Of a DNA stretch of 64,000 nt, positions 45,077 through 53,953 are shown piece after piece. Every line of letters begins with the position of its first letter. Positions within the stretch are counted from its first letter, which is position 1. The stretch covers positions 135,674 through 199,673 of the forward strand of contig JAHJTE010000003.1 of NCBI GenBank assembly GCA_018830005.1. Direction: 5' to 3'. The notes beneath the pieces are model-generated. The model saw only the letters and a program-made list of their open reading frames with translations, made no database searches and was not told the DNA's origin. This DNA is from Candidatus Omnitrophota bacterium. Its GTDB lineage: Bacteria > Omnitrophota > Gorgyraeia > JAHJTE01. The position numbers and the translations under genes were made by a program.

Positions 45077-47893
45077 ATGTCTATTTCAGTTGAAACATTC
45101 AACTTCCTTTATTGCACCATTCTTTTCATTTTAATCGCATGGCATGGATTCTCAAAAAAATCCGTAACTATCGACCTTAGCGAATCTTCAATAAGAATTA
45201 TCCTAGCCTATATCGTAACGGGGCTTATAATGACAAGCTCGCTCATAACCATTGCCCATTCCACCTTCATTCTCAACATGCGAATACCCACGAATCACCG
45301 ACTGCTTCTAGCCGCGCTACCATGCCTCATATTAGTTACAACCCTGCTTGTCAGCTTAGTAAGGCTGTCAAAATATCTCAAAAAAATTATACGGACATCC
45401 AAAGATTACGAAGACGCAGAAATAGTTGAAAAAGCCAATGACCTATCCGATGCGATAGGCTTGCCAAAAGCACCAACCATCCTCTTTGCAAAAGAAAAAA
45501 ACCGAACACCCGAAGTCCAATCTTACCCGTTACTCAGGAAAAGCTTTGTGATATTCCCCTCTAACTTACGACAATACATCGAAAGGTTTATGACAAAAGA
45601 AACCGGGATAGAACCCACAGATGCAAATTGGAAAAAACACTATGAAACATTTCGCGATTTTATAATTCTTCACGAGCTATCACACATAAAAAACAAGGAC
45701 ACCAGCTACTGGACACACTCATCGTCGCTTATAACTCAAAGTATCCTCTGGTTTCTGGCGTCTGTGATACTCTCTGCTCACGTATATTTTGGCAAAATAA
45801 ATAAGTTTGGCATCTCACCCCTCACTTCTATATCAGGCATAGCATTACTCTTTTTGCTAACAGCATCATTTAGACGAACAAGGGAATACCTGTCTGACGC
45901 CTCAGCCATGCTCTACCTCTCTTATAGTAAAAGCAACTTGTTGTCCCAAAAAAAGCCGGGCACAAACAAAACGCTAATAGAAACTTTCCTGAATTGGCAC
46001 GAACACCAACCCGAAACAGTAAGCCCTTCCCGCGGACCCGGCTTTTCCTCACTAAACAGGCTGGCACACCCCTCACACAAGAAGCGCTCGGAAGCTATAA
46101 CCAAACAAGAGTATATATCACCCAAAATCCCATACCCGACCAACGAATCAATTATTTTCATAGCAATACTAAATGTCATATTAACATATGCCCTGCTTGA
46201 AGGCATTGGACAATTCTTCACTCATTTCATGCCATTAAAAAGTGTTATCGACGGCTGGGCGGGCTCAACAACCTATATGATAGCCTTCATTACACCACCC
46301 TTATTAAGCGCCATGTTCTTAACCCTCCCAATAAAGAACACCATAAGCCCACTAAATAACATGAATACGTACCTTAAACCAATCGTTGTTAAAACGCTGA
46401 TTTTCACTGCAATCTCAACACTCACATTTATATTTTTAGGAAACACTACAAGAGCAATGGCATCTATTGCTGAATCCCGAGGCCCATATTTCTTCTGGTT
46501 CCTGACATCTTTCAGCGCGCTGACAGTCATAGCTGCCACACTTCTTCTTACATTAATAATATCCTTAGTTAACGAAACAAATCCTGCATCAAAAAAACTT
46601 CTTAAAACGCTATTAGCAGTAACACCCATTGTAATCGCATTCATAGTGGCGCCACCCCTGCTGCTGGGATTTCTTTTCAAACCCAATTATTTCCTTGCAA
46701 TATTCTCATTCGTAATCGCATATGGCATATGGCTACGCATACCTCCCAAGAAAAATATCATCATATGGGATGACCGCTCTTTTTACCCAAAAATATTCAA
46801 CCGCTCGATATGCTGCGAAGCTAAAGGACACGGCATATTATCCAGGCTTCGCTTTGCCGCACTTATAGCCCTTTTCGACTTCAGCATCCCTCTACTTTTA
46901 TGCATACCAATATATTTATTCCTCAACACCATTCTAGACAGCAACACACTCGAATTCACGAGAAACCTAATTAGCGCATCAAGATCATCAGAGCTGTACT
47001 CTTCCAAACAATTTATTATTCTCGCAGTTTTCTTCATAGGTGCTTTTTGGACGCTGTATGCCCGGGAAAAAGACCACATTCCATCCAAGATAGTTAACTG
47101 CTCTGAAATGATAGGCATATCCGAACTCGTCCAACACAAAGATTTCTCAAGAATCTATAAAACAATTCTTGCCAAGACCAAAAACCACTTGGAAAAAAAT
47201 AAATTCGTTGAATTCCCAAACAGCAACTTAGAAACCGCATATATCGCGTTTTGCGCAACAAACATCATCAAGCATGACACACATGAAACATCCCTAATAA
47301 AAGAACAAACGACACATTTCCTGACCTCACTTTACAACAACAAAGGAGGCTTTGGCGCAGCAAAAGGCGGGGAGCCCAGGCTAAGGGAAACATACTACGC
47401 GGTAGAAATAATCAGCGTGCTCCAGACCCTGAAAAGCATCGACAAGGACAAAATATCAGAATGGATAATATCATGCCAGAATATTAATGACGGCAATTTT
47501 GTCACACCGTACTTCGGCCAGCCAAGCATAGAAGAAACATTCTACGCGATTAACACTCTAAACCGTCTTTCATCCCACATCCCAAACTATGAAAAATGCA
47601 AACAATGGCTCCTGACAACATGGCGGAAAAAAGCCGACATCGAAAACACCTTCTACCTGACAAGCGCTCTCCCGCAACTTGAGCCCCAATACATCGAAGA
47701 AATCACAAAAAAATATCTTCACATAAACAATGACCGTTTTTTCCGATTCCGCTACGACAAGGACTTAAGAAAAATACGCATGCACCTGCATATAGCACGC
47801 CAGTGCTATGGGCTTAATTCAGACGAATTCAAGCAGTTAACCAAAAACACAGAAGAAGAAATTGAGAAAATAATAGCGTCGTCCCAATTTTAG
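45077..47893 (+). CDS. M48/M56-like membrane metallopeptidase fused to prenyltransferase-like repeats
   Basis: ILHELSHIKNKD, REYLSDASA, HPS..KR; many TM; C-terminal GGFG...RETYYAV, WIISCQN..GNF...EETFYAINTL. Confidence 0.7.
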   Translation: MSISVETFNFLYCTILFILIAWHGFSKKSVTIDLSESSIRIILAYIVTGLIMTSSLITIAHSTFILNMRIPTNHRLLLAALPCLILVTTLLVSLVRLSKYLKKIIRTSKDYEDAEIVEKANDLSDAIGLPKAPTILFAKEKNRTPEVQSYPLLRKSFVIFPSNLRQYIERFMTKETGIEPTDANWKKHYETFRDFIILHELSHIKNKDTSYWTHSSSLITQSILWFLASVILSAHVYFGKINKFGISPLTSISGIALLFLLTASFRRTREYLSDASAMLYLSYSKSNLLSQKKPGTNKTLIETFLNWHEHQPETVSPSRGPGFSSLNRLAHPSHKKRSEAITKQEYISPKIPYPTNESIIFIAILNVILTYALLEGIGQFFTHFMPLKSVIDGWAGSTTYMIAFITPPLLSAMFLTLPIKNTISPLNNMNTYLKPIVVKTLIFTAISTLTFIFLGNTTRAMASIAESRGPYFFWFLTSFSALTVIAATLLLTLIISLVNETNPASKKLLKTLLAVTPIVIAFIVAPPLLLGFLFKPNYFLAIFSFVIAYGIWLRIPPKKNIIIWDDRSFYPKIFNRSICCEAKGHGILSRLRFAALIALFDFSIPLLLCIPIYLFLNTILDSNTLEFTRNLISASRSSELYSSKQFIILAVFFIGAFWTLYAREKDHIPSKIVNCSEMIGISELVQHKDFSRIYKTILAKTKNHLEKNKFVEFPNSNLETAYIAFCATNIIKHDTHETSLIKEQTTHFLTSLYNNKGGFGAAKGGEPRLRETYYAVEIISVLQTLKSIDKDKISEWIISCQNINDGNFVTPYFGQPSIEETFYAINTLNRLSSHIPNYEKCKQWLLTTWRKKADIENTFYLTSALPQLEPQYIEEITKKYLHINNDRFFRFRYDKDLRKIRMHLHIARQCYGLNSDEFKQLTKNTEEEIEKIIASSQF

Positions 47894-47901
47894 CTGGTGA
47901 A

Positions 47902-48585
47902 TCACAAAAGCGACATTAAATCATTCCTCATAAGCTTGCAAACCTCTATAATCCTGTTAGTAAACCGCAAACGATTATCTTTCACGTAAACAGCTTCTAC
48001 AACAAGATCCTCTGCTGCAGCAATACCAGAAGCCCTAACATCATGCCTATCACACTGATACAAAGAAACTATCCGTTTCTTGTCATAACTGTTTACGGGC
48101 AACGATAAGTGCTCAACACTCTTACCCGCGATGTACTCACGTAAAGCTTTTACTCTAGAATCCCACCGCACTGCTTCATCTTTAGTCAAACGCACAATCC
48201 TTACTTCAAACAAATCAATATCCTTTAGTAATAACTTAATCGCGTCTTCCCCATTACCTTTCCTTATTAATACCGGAATGCGCCTATAAAGAACCACCAT
48301 CTCACCCCAAAGCTTCTTAAAAAGCTTTTTTTCAAAATACAAAGATTTACAACCAGGCTCAGGCTCGTTTTCAGCAAAATGAATATGCGGACTGAAATAG
48401 TGATTAAAATACCTGATAAGTCCTCTAATAAAACTCTCATATTTAAGCTCGAGCAGGAAATCCTTATTCTTGTAACTCCCATCCCACTCCTGAATAAGTA
48501 CCGCTAACTGCTTCTCAACCTTCTCTATAAGCCGCACTTCTTCCGGACTCAACTCGCGTCTCCTGCCAAACCATCCCATATTCAT
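47902..48585 (-). CDS. hypothetical protein
   Basis: 227-aa ORF with GGAG SD. Confidence 0.55.
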   Translation of the reverse strand: MNMGWFGRRRELSPEEVRLIEKVEKQLAVLIQEWDGSYKNKDFLLELKYESFIRGLIRYFNHYFSPHIHFAENEPEPGCKSLYFEKKLFKKLWGEMVVLYRRIPVLIRKGNGEDAIKLLLKDIDLFEVRIVRLTKDEAVRWDSRVKALREYIAGKSVEHLSLPVNSYDKKRIVSLYQCDRHDVRASGIAAAEDLVVEAVYVKDNRLRFTNRIIEVCKLMRNDLMSLL

Positions 48586-48928
48586 AACTCCTATATTAAC
48601 AATATATATACTTATCTATCTGATCCCGTATTCCTACAAGTAGGCACACCCTTTGCTATTAGTCGTTCGGAAAGAACTATATTTTCCAAAGTTTCTGATA
48701 AATATTTCTCTCAAAAAAAGCACTTTTCTGGAAAATTTGGCTAATTCAACACGACTAAGGAGTAGAAAAATAAATGTGGAAATTGAAAAAAGTTTGGAAA
48801 ATCTTGCGGAATGATTCGACTATTAGGTGAAGAACAAAAAGTCAAGCTGAAAGGGGGTAAAAATTCTTGGAAAAAAGAGGGTGTTCGATACAACAAATAG
48901 TTGGAACGAAAAAAGAGGAGGTAAAAAT

Positions 48929-49222
48929 ATGTACTGTTCATTTTGCAACTCTTATTCTTGTAAGTGCGATGACGACAAGTTCAGCCCGCTAACCCCGAAT
49001 TATCTTTGGCCTGATAAACCAAAGAGTCACAAAAAAATCTTCGGTGAAACCTTTGATGACCCCGGAAGAAAGATTTTGCACGAGAAGAAACCAATAGAGC
49101 GTGAGCCAGTATTTCCTCCGAAGCCTGATTTGCATTACATGAGACCATTGCACAGACCTCTTGGGATAGATAGCATGCGGTGGCAGATGATGCCCACTCC
49201 CCCAGGGTTCATCAAATTCTAA
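48929..49222 (+). CDS. hypothetical protein with N-terminal Cys cluster
   Basis: GAGGAGGT SD, MYCSFCNSYSCKC, Pro-rich. Confidence 0.55.
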   Translation: MYCSFCNSYSCKCDDDKFSPLTPNYLWPDKPKSHKKIFGETFDDPGRKILHEKKPIEREPVFPPKPDLHYMRPLHRPLGIDSMRWQMMPTPPGFIKF

Positions 49223-49328
49223 ACGTAGGATCAACGAAGCATCCAGCAGAAGGAACTACCAATAACCGGTTAGCTAGGGGGGCGCAAGCAGCCCCCCCCA
49301 TTACTTTCTCAAGAAGGAAAAAGAAATC

Positions 49329-49709
49329 ATGAAGGTAATCAATTACACAAATATTAAAGCAGTAGAAAGAATTCTGCGCATCCTAGCAACTGGCGTGGAT
49401 ACCGCAGACCTCGTCGTTTACATCACGTTCCCCAACATCGAAGAGGAAAAATTTAACGGATTGTTCATTGATGATAAGCCGCCTACAATAAAAATATTTA
49501 TGCGCAAAAACAACAACGTCTACTACAAGCCTGCAAAACGCCTGATAGCGATAAGAAACTACTGCCAATTCATTGCATACATATTCCTGCACGAATTCTA
49601 CCATTACGCAGCAAGACTCAAAAACTTTCGCTATGCTAATGAACGCGAAGAAAACCTTGCAGACCAGTACGCCTACGACACACTCAAAAAAGCAGGACTC
49701 ACGCTATAA
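49329..49709 (+). CDS. zincin-like metallopeptidase
   Basis: FLHEFYHY ... EENLADQYA. Confidence 0.7.
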   Translation: MKVINYTNIKAVERILRILATGVDTADLVVYITFPNIEEEKFNGLFIDDKPPTIKIFMRKNNNVYYKPAKRLIAIRNYCQFIAYIFLHEFYHYAARLKNFRYANEREENLADQYAYDTLKKAGLTL

Positions 49710-49728
49710 AAACGGGAGAAGTAAGACT

Positions 49729-50148
49729 ATGGAAAAAAATAATGAGCTTGAAAAAATCATGCAGGAATCAATGGGACAGGATCTGAGCGAAAACACAATA
49801 AACACCATTCCTGTAGACGCTTATGTCCAGCAAAACTTCATTGGAAGCTCATTCAGAGACAAAGAAAAAACCGAAGCCGACGGCTCCAGCAACCGCACAC
49901 GAAACTTTTTCATAAAAAAATTTCACTGCGGATGCTACACCGGCACCATCAAGACCTACGGAAGATACTGCGACAACCCCGTGCCACCAGGCAGAAAAAC
50001 GTGGAAAGAACCCTACCACATCCTGTGCGTCAACTGCGCCAAAATCCTCGAATGCGAAGGGTGCGGAAAAACCGGCGACAGGATATGCTTTACCAAGCGC
50101 GGTCAGAAATGGTACTGCCTTGACTGCCTCAGAACGCTAAGACTATAA
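49729..50148 (+). CDS. Cys-rich hypothetical protein
   Basis: HCGC, CVNC, CEGC, CLDC; GGGAG SD before MEKNNE. Confidence 0.55.
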   Translation: MEKNNELEKIMQESMGQDLSENTINTIPVDAYVQQNFIGSSFRDKEKTEADGSSNRTRNFFIKKFHCGCYTGTIKTYGRYCDNPVPPGRKTWKEPYHILCVNCAKILECEGCGKTGDRICFTKRGQKWYCLDCLRTLRL

Positions 50149-50165
50149 GAAAGGAGAAAAAAATT

Positions 50166-52289
50166 GTGAAGGTAAGCCCCAGATTCCAACAAGCGCGGAA
50201 CACAATAGAATTCTTCGGCCTGCAAAACAACGAGGTCATACTTCGCCTTTTCAAAACTTTTGCAAGAAACCAGCGCAACACCACAGCATACCATACGCTA
50301 ATGCGCGCAATCCACAACCACCCTTATGTAATGAACAAACAGATCAGCCAAAGCCCATTCGCCACGCCACCACCCCCCACAACACAGCAAGGCAAAATGC
50401 GCATCGGCTTAGACGAACACAACAGGCCATACCACCTTGAAATAAAAAATTTCACCAAACACCTCCTGATAACAGGAACAACAGGCTTTGGAAAAACATC
50501 ATTTTTCCAAAACACAATGACCTTCCTGCACAAAATGGGAACAAAGTTCTTGGCGATTGACATAAAGAAAGACACGCGCGAACTGCTCCACCGCATTCCA
50601 ATGCTCATCCTGCGCTTCAAAGAAAACACCAACTTCAAACTCAACCCCCTACAGCGACTGCCAGGCGTAAGCCAGATAGAACAGGACGACCTCTTTATCA
50701 GACTGCTCGCAGAAACCACATTCTTGGCTGAAGGCTCCACAAGCCTATTGCTTGACTCTCTCTGCGAACTACGAAACAAAAAAGGCGCCATAACCGTCTT
50801 TGACCTTTACCAATCAATCGAAGAAAAAGGAAAAAAATTCCGCACATTAAGACAGCTGGGATGGCGGGACAGCTGCCTCCGAAGCCTAAAAACACTAGTC
50901 CTATCATTCGGGCCAATGCTAGACTGCGCAGAAGGACTTCCCATCCACCGCATAATCCAAGAACACAACGTCGTAGCAGAGCTTGACTCGGCAGGCTCAT
51001 ACAAAAGCTTCTTCGGCACCCTCCTCCCAGCCTACTACCTGAAATGGAAAATCAGCAACAACATCAAAAGCCCGTTTCACGCAAACTTCTGCGACGAAGG
51101 AAACATGCTGCTAAGCAAAACCATAGAGTTCCACAGCGTCACAAAAAAGCTAAGCATCCTCACACTCATAGAGCTTGGCAGGGAATTCCAAGAATCATGG
51201 TTCATCTCAAGCCAAGAACCAAAAAAGCTGTCAGAAAGCGTGAAGTGCAACACAGCCACAAAAATCCTCCTTCCCCTGGAAGACGGGCCCAGCAGAAATT
51301 ACATGAGCGATACCGTAGGCATGACACAAACACAAACAATACACACAACCCTGTTCGTCACAGGACAGTCAGTCGTAAAACAAGAAGGACAAAAACCACA
51401 CAAAATAACCCTGGACCCCCCTCCTGAAAATGCCGGGCTCACAGAATTCAGCGACCAAGAAGCCGAACAAGAAAGCCAACCCATCATAAACCAGTACCCC
51501 ACAAAAATGAAAAAACAGACAATAACTATCGAGGAATTCAAGCCGGCACAAAAGTGCCCCAGATGCGGAACCGGAGAACTAATAATTAAAGAAGGAAAAT
51601 TTGGAAAATTCATAGCCTGCAATCAGTACCCAAACTGCAAACACACGGAGCAACTCAAAAACGAACAGCCACAAGAACTCACACAACAACAAAAAGAACT
51701 ATTATGGCACATCAAACTACACCCCGAACTTTCCAAAACACAACACTACAAAAGCCTCAATCTCTCAGCCGGAAAAGCAGACAACCTTATGAAAAAAATG
51801 CGTCACCTCGTAAGAGAAATCACCATTCCCACACAACAGCGCGGCAGACAACCAATCCTACTCGCGCTCACCAAACAGGCATGCCAACAGCTCGGCGTAG
51901 AACAGCCTCGCACCAGAGGAGCAGAAATAGAACACGACTTCCACGTAGCCCGCTACGTCGCACAGCTCAAAAAAGCGGGACACAAAGCAGAGCCGAACTT
52001 CAAGCTCAAAGATAAAGAAGCAGACATCGGCATAATGCTCCCCAACGGAGAAATAATCGCAGTAGAAATAAGCACGACAACAACGCCCGAATGGGAAATG
52101 CAACAAGCCATCAAAAACATCAAAGCAGGATTTGACAAAACAATAATCATAAACACCAACCCTGACAAATCTCAGGAGTTTAACATAAAAGCGCAGTTTC
52201 AGCTAAGCCCCGAACAAGAAAGCAAAATAACCATATCGCAGCTGATACCAGACATAACAGAACTGATACGAAAGGAGCAAGAAACGTGA
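50166..52289 (+). CDS. HerA/VirB4-like ATPase + topoisomerase-type Zn ribbon + wHTH + nuclease-like C-terminus
   Basis: HLLITGTTGFGKT, FCDEG, GREF..SQEP; CPRCGTG...GKFGKFIACNQYPNC; EHDF...ADI...IAVEI. Confidence 0.8.
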   Translation: MKVSPRFQQARNTIEFFGLQNNEVILRLFKTFARNQRNTTAYHTLMRAIHNHPYVMNKQISQSPFATPPPPTTQQGKMRIGLDEHNRPYHLEIKNFTKHLLITGTTGFGKTSFFQNTMTFLHKMGTKFLAIDIKKDTRELLHRIPMLILRFKENTNFKLNPLQRLPGVSQIEQDDLFIRLLAETTFLAEGSTSLLLDSLCELRNKKGAITVFDLYQSIEEKGKKFRTLRQLGWRDSCLRSLKTLVLSFGPMLDCAEGLPIHRIIQEHNVVAELDSAGSYKSFFGTLLPAYYLKWKISNNIKSPFHANFCDEGNMLLSKTIEFHSVTKKLSILTLIELGREFQESWFISSQEPKKLSESVKCNTATKILLPLEDGPSRNYMSDTVGMTQTQTIHTTLFVTGQSVVKQEGQKPHKITLDPPPENAGLTEFSDQEAEQESQPIINQYPTKMKKQTITIEEFKPAQKCPRCGTGELIIKEGKFGKFIACNQYPNCKHTEQLKNEQPQELTQQQKELLWHIKLHPELSKTQHYKSLNLSAGKADNLMKKMRHLVREITIPTQQRGRQPILLALTKQACQQLGVEQPRTRGAEIEHDFHVARYVAQLKKAGHKAEPNFKLKDKEADIGIMLPNGEIIAVEISTTTTPEWEMQQAIKNIKAGFDKTIIINTNPDKSQEFNIKAQFQLSPEQESKITISQLIPDITELIRKEQET

Positions 52290-52558
52290 TAGATGACAAA
52301 AAATTACAGGACGAGCTGCTCGAACTGCTGACAGAACAGCAAATACCAGAAGAACTCAGATCCCACCCGCCACCATATGACTGGAAAAGCCTTCTCCGTC
52401 CCCTGGGAAAATTTGTGCTGGTAATCATCGGTATCTGCGCAGCCCCTTTTGTGGCGTCAATCATCATAGCAATAGTAACGCTCTGCCCCGTCATAGTTCC
52501 AATCTGGATACTGATGTACATTGCACAACAAAAAACCAATCCCACCAACAGGAGATAA
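52286..52558 (+). CDS. small membrane protein
   Basis: Long hydrophobic stretch; overlaps the ATPase stop. Confidence 0.55.
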   Translation: MIDDKKLQDELLELLTEQQIPEELRSHPPPYDWKSLLRPLGKFVLVIIGICAAPFVASIIIAIVTLCPVIVPIWILMYIAQQKTNPTNRR

Positions 52559-52565
52559 AAAAATC

Positions 52566-53396
52566 ATGGAAGAAACTGAAGGAATGGAAAACATGGAAAC
52601 ACCTGAAGAAATGGAAGGCATTGAAGAAGCAGAAAACATCTCCCTTGATGCAACAAAAGAAGCTGACGAACTTATCGAACAGTCAATGCAGGAAGGCATC
52701 TCCGAATTCAGCGCGGACGCAACAAAAGATACCATAGCTAATATTATGCACGAAGAAGGAATTCCGGAAGAAAAAATTGAAGCACTAACAGAAAAAGGAC
52801 ACGAGCTGCTCAGCAAAGAACCAGCAAAACACGAGGTCTCTGAAGAAAAAGAAATACAAGGACTAAAACAAACCTCTGGCCGTGAAGGATCGCCAAAGCC
52901 ATACAACTATCCATCAGAACCCGGGAAAAAAGCTCAGCACAACATTCCTTATCCTTTTGGCAAGAACACAGAAGAAATCAGCCAAAGAGAACGGCTTGAA
53001 GCCATGAAAGAAGGGCTTGAAGAATTCCTAGAAACACCCCACAAGACACCACATCAGGAAGAAGCGGTAATTGAAAAACTGGAAGAAATACAACAGCAAC
53101 TAAGCGGGCTGCCACCAGACCCGCCAGAACCAGAAGAGCCAGAAATTGAAGACGTAACAGACAAACAAGCACAAGCTGAAGGATGGCAAGACGCAAGAGA
53201 AAGAAAAACATGGCTGGACGGCACAGAAAGCGTAAAACAAATACCTAAAAACGTATACAAACCCGCCAAGCTCAATACCATCAAAGGCATGTACAGCCAA
53301 GGCTTAGAAAACAAAGGTAAAGTGGGATATGACGGATTCGGAGAACTAATGGACGACCTAGACGACACAATAAATGACATGGGAACAATGTTCTAA
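52566..53396 (+). CDS. acidic hypothetical protein
   Basis: GGAG SD before MEETEGMENM; very Glu-rich. Confidence 0.6.
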   Translation: MEETEGMENMETPEEMEGIEEAENISLDATKEADELIEQSMQEGISEFSADATKDTIANIMHEEGIPEEKIEALTEKGHELLSKEPAKHEVSEEKEIQGLKQTSGREGSPKPYNYPSEPGKKAQHNIPYPFGKNTEEISQRERLEAMKEGLEEFLETPHKTPHQEEAVIEKLEEIQQQLSGLPPDPPEPEEPEIEDVTDKQAQAEGWQDARERKTWLDGTESVKQIPKNVYKPAKLNTIKGMYSQGLENKGKVGYDGFGELMDDLDDTINDMGTMF

Positions 53397-53430
53397 TAAT
53401 TTTCAACACTTAAACAATAAGGAGGACGTT

Positions 53431-53685
53431 ATGGCAAAACCACAAAAGCTGACAGAAGCAGAACAAGAACTGGTAGTATTTCTTGCAAATTGTCCCGAAC
53501 CTGAGTCTATACACGGCATAGCCGACATTTACCACCTATCGACAGAACAAACGTTAAACATGCTTGCAAGATTAAGTAAGAGTTTGCGGATTTACAGAAA
53601 TAAAAAGCTCGAAATCAGTCTTGCAATTGACCCTGACGCAATCACGAATCAAGAAAACGAAATACCAACAGACGAAACTCTATAA
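53431..53685 (+). CDS. putative HTH protein
   Basis: AAGGAGG SD; LTEAEQELVVFL...SIHGIADIYHLS. Confidence 0.55.
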   Translation: MAKPQKLTEAEQELVVFLANCPEPESIHGIADIYHLSTEQTLNMLARLSKSLRIYRNKKLEISLAIDPDAITNQENEIPTDETL

Positions 53686-53714
53686 ATCCAAAACCGAAAA
53701 AAGGGGCCGGAACA

Positions 53715-53900
53715 GTGAAGAAAGCAGTAAGCAAAAAATGCAGAAGCAGAAAAATGAAGCTTCACAGCTTCACGTGGGAACTTCTGCCTCCCGGCACCCT
53801 CAAACGAGATAAATCAAAACACCAAAAGCCCGAAGAACGATGGAACGAAATACAAGCCATAGGCAGCCAGATAATAGCCGAAAGCAAAGAAACTAATTGA
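53715..53900 (+). CDS. small protein upstream of the recombinase (candidate accessory factor)
   Basis: 61 aa; position directly before the LSR. Confidence 0.45.
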   Translation: MKKAVSKKCRSRKMKLHSFTWELLPPGTLKRDKSKHQKPEERWNEIQAIGSQIIAESKETN

Positions 53901-53931
53901 CAAAATGTCTTATTTGGACTACCATATGATA
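53898..53931 (+). promoter_or_regulatory. putative sigma70 promoter for the recombinase
   Basis: TTGACA at about 53898, with TATGAT (about 53925) or TACCAT (about 53917) as -10 candidates; spacing imperfect. Confidence 0.3.
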
Positions 53932-53953
53932 CAGTTAATAACAGGAAAGAATT

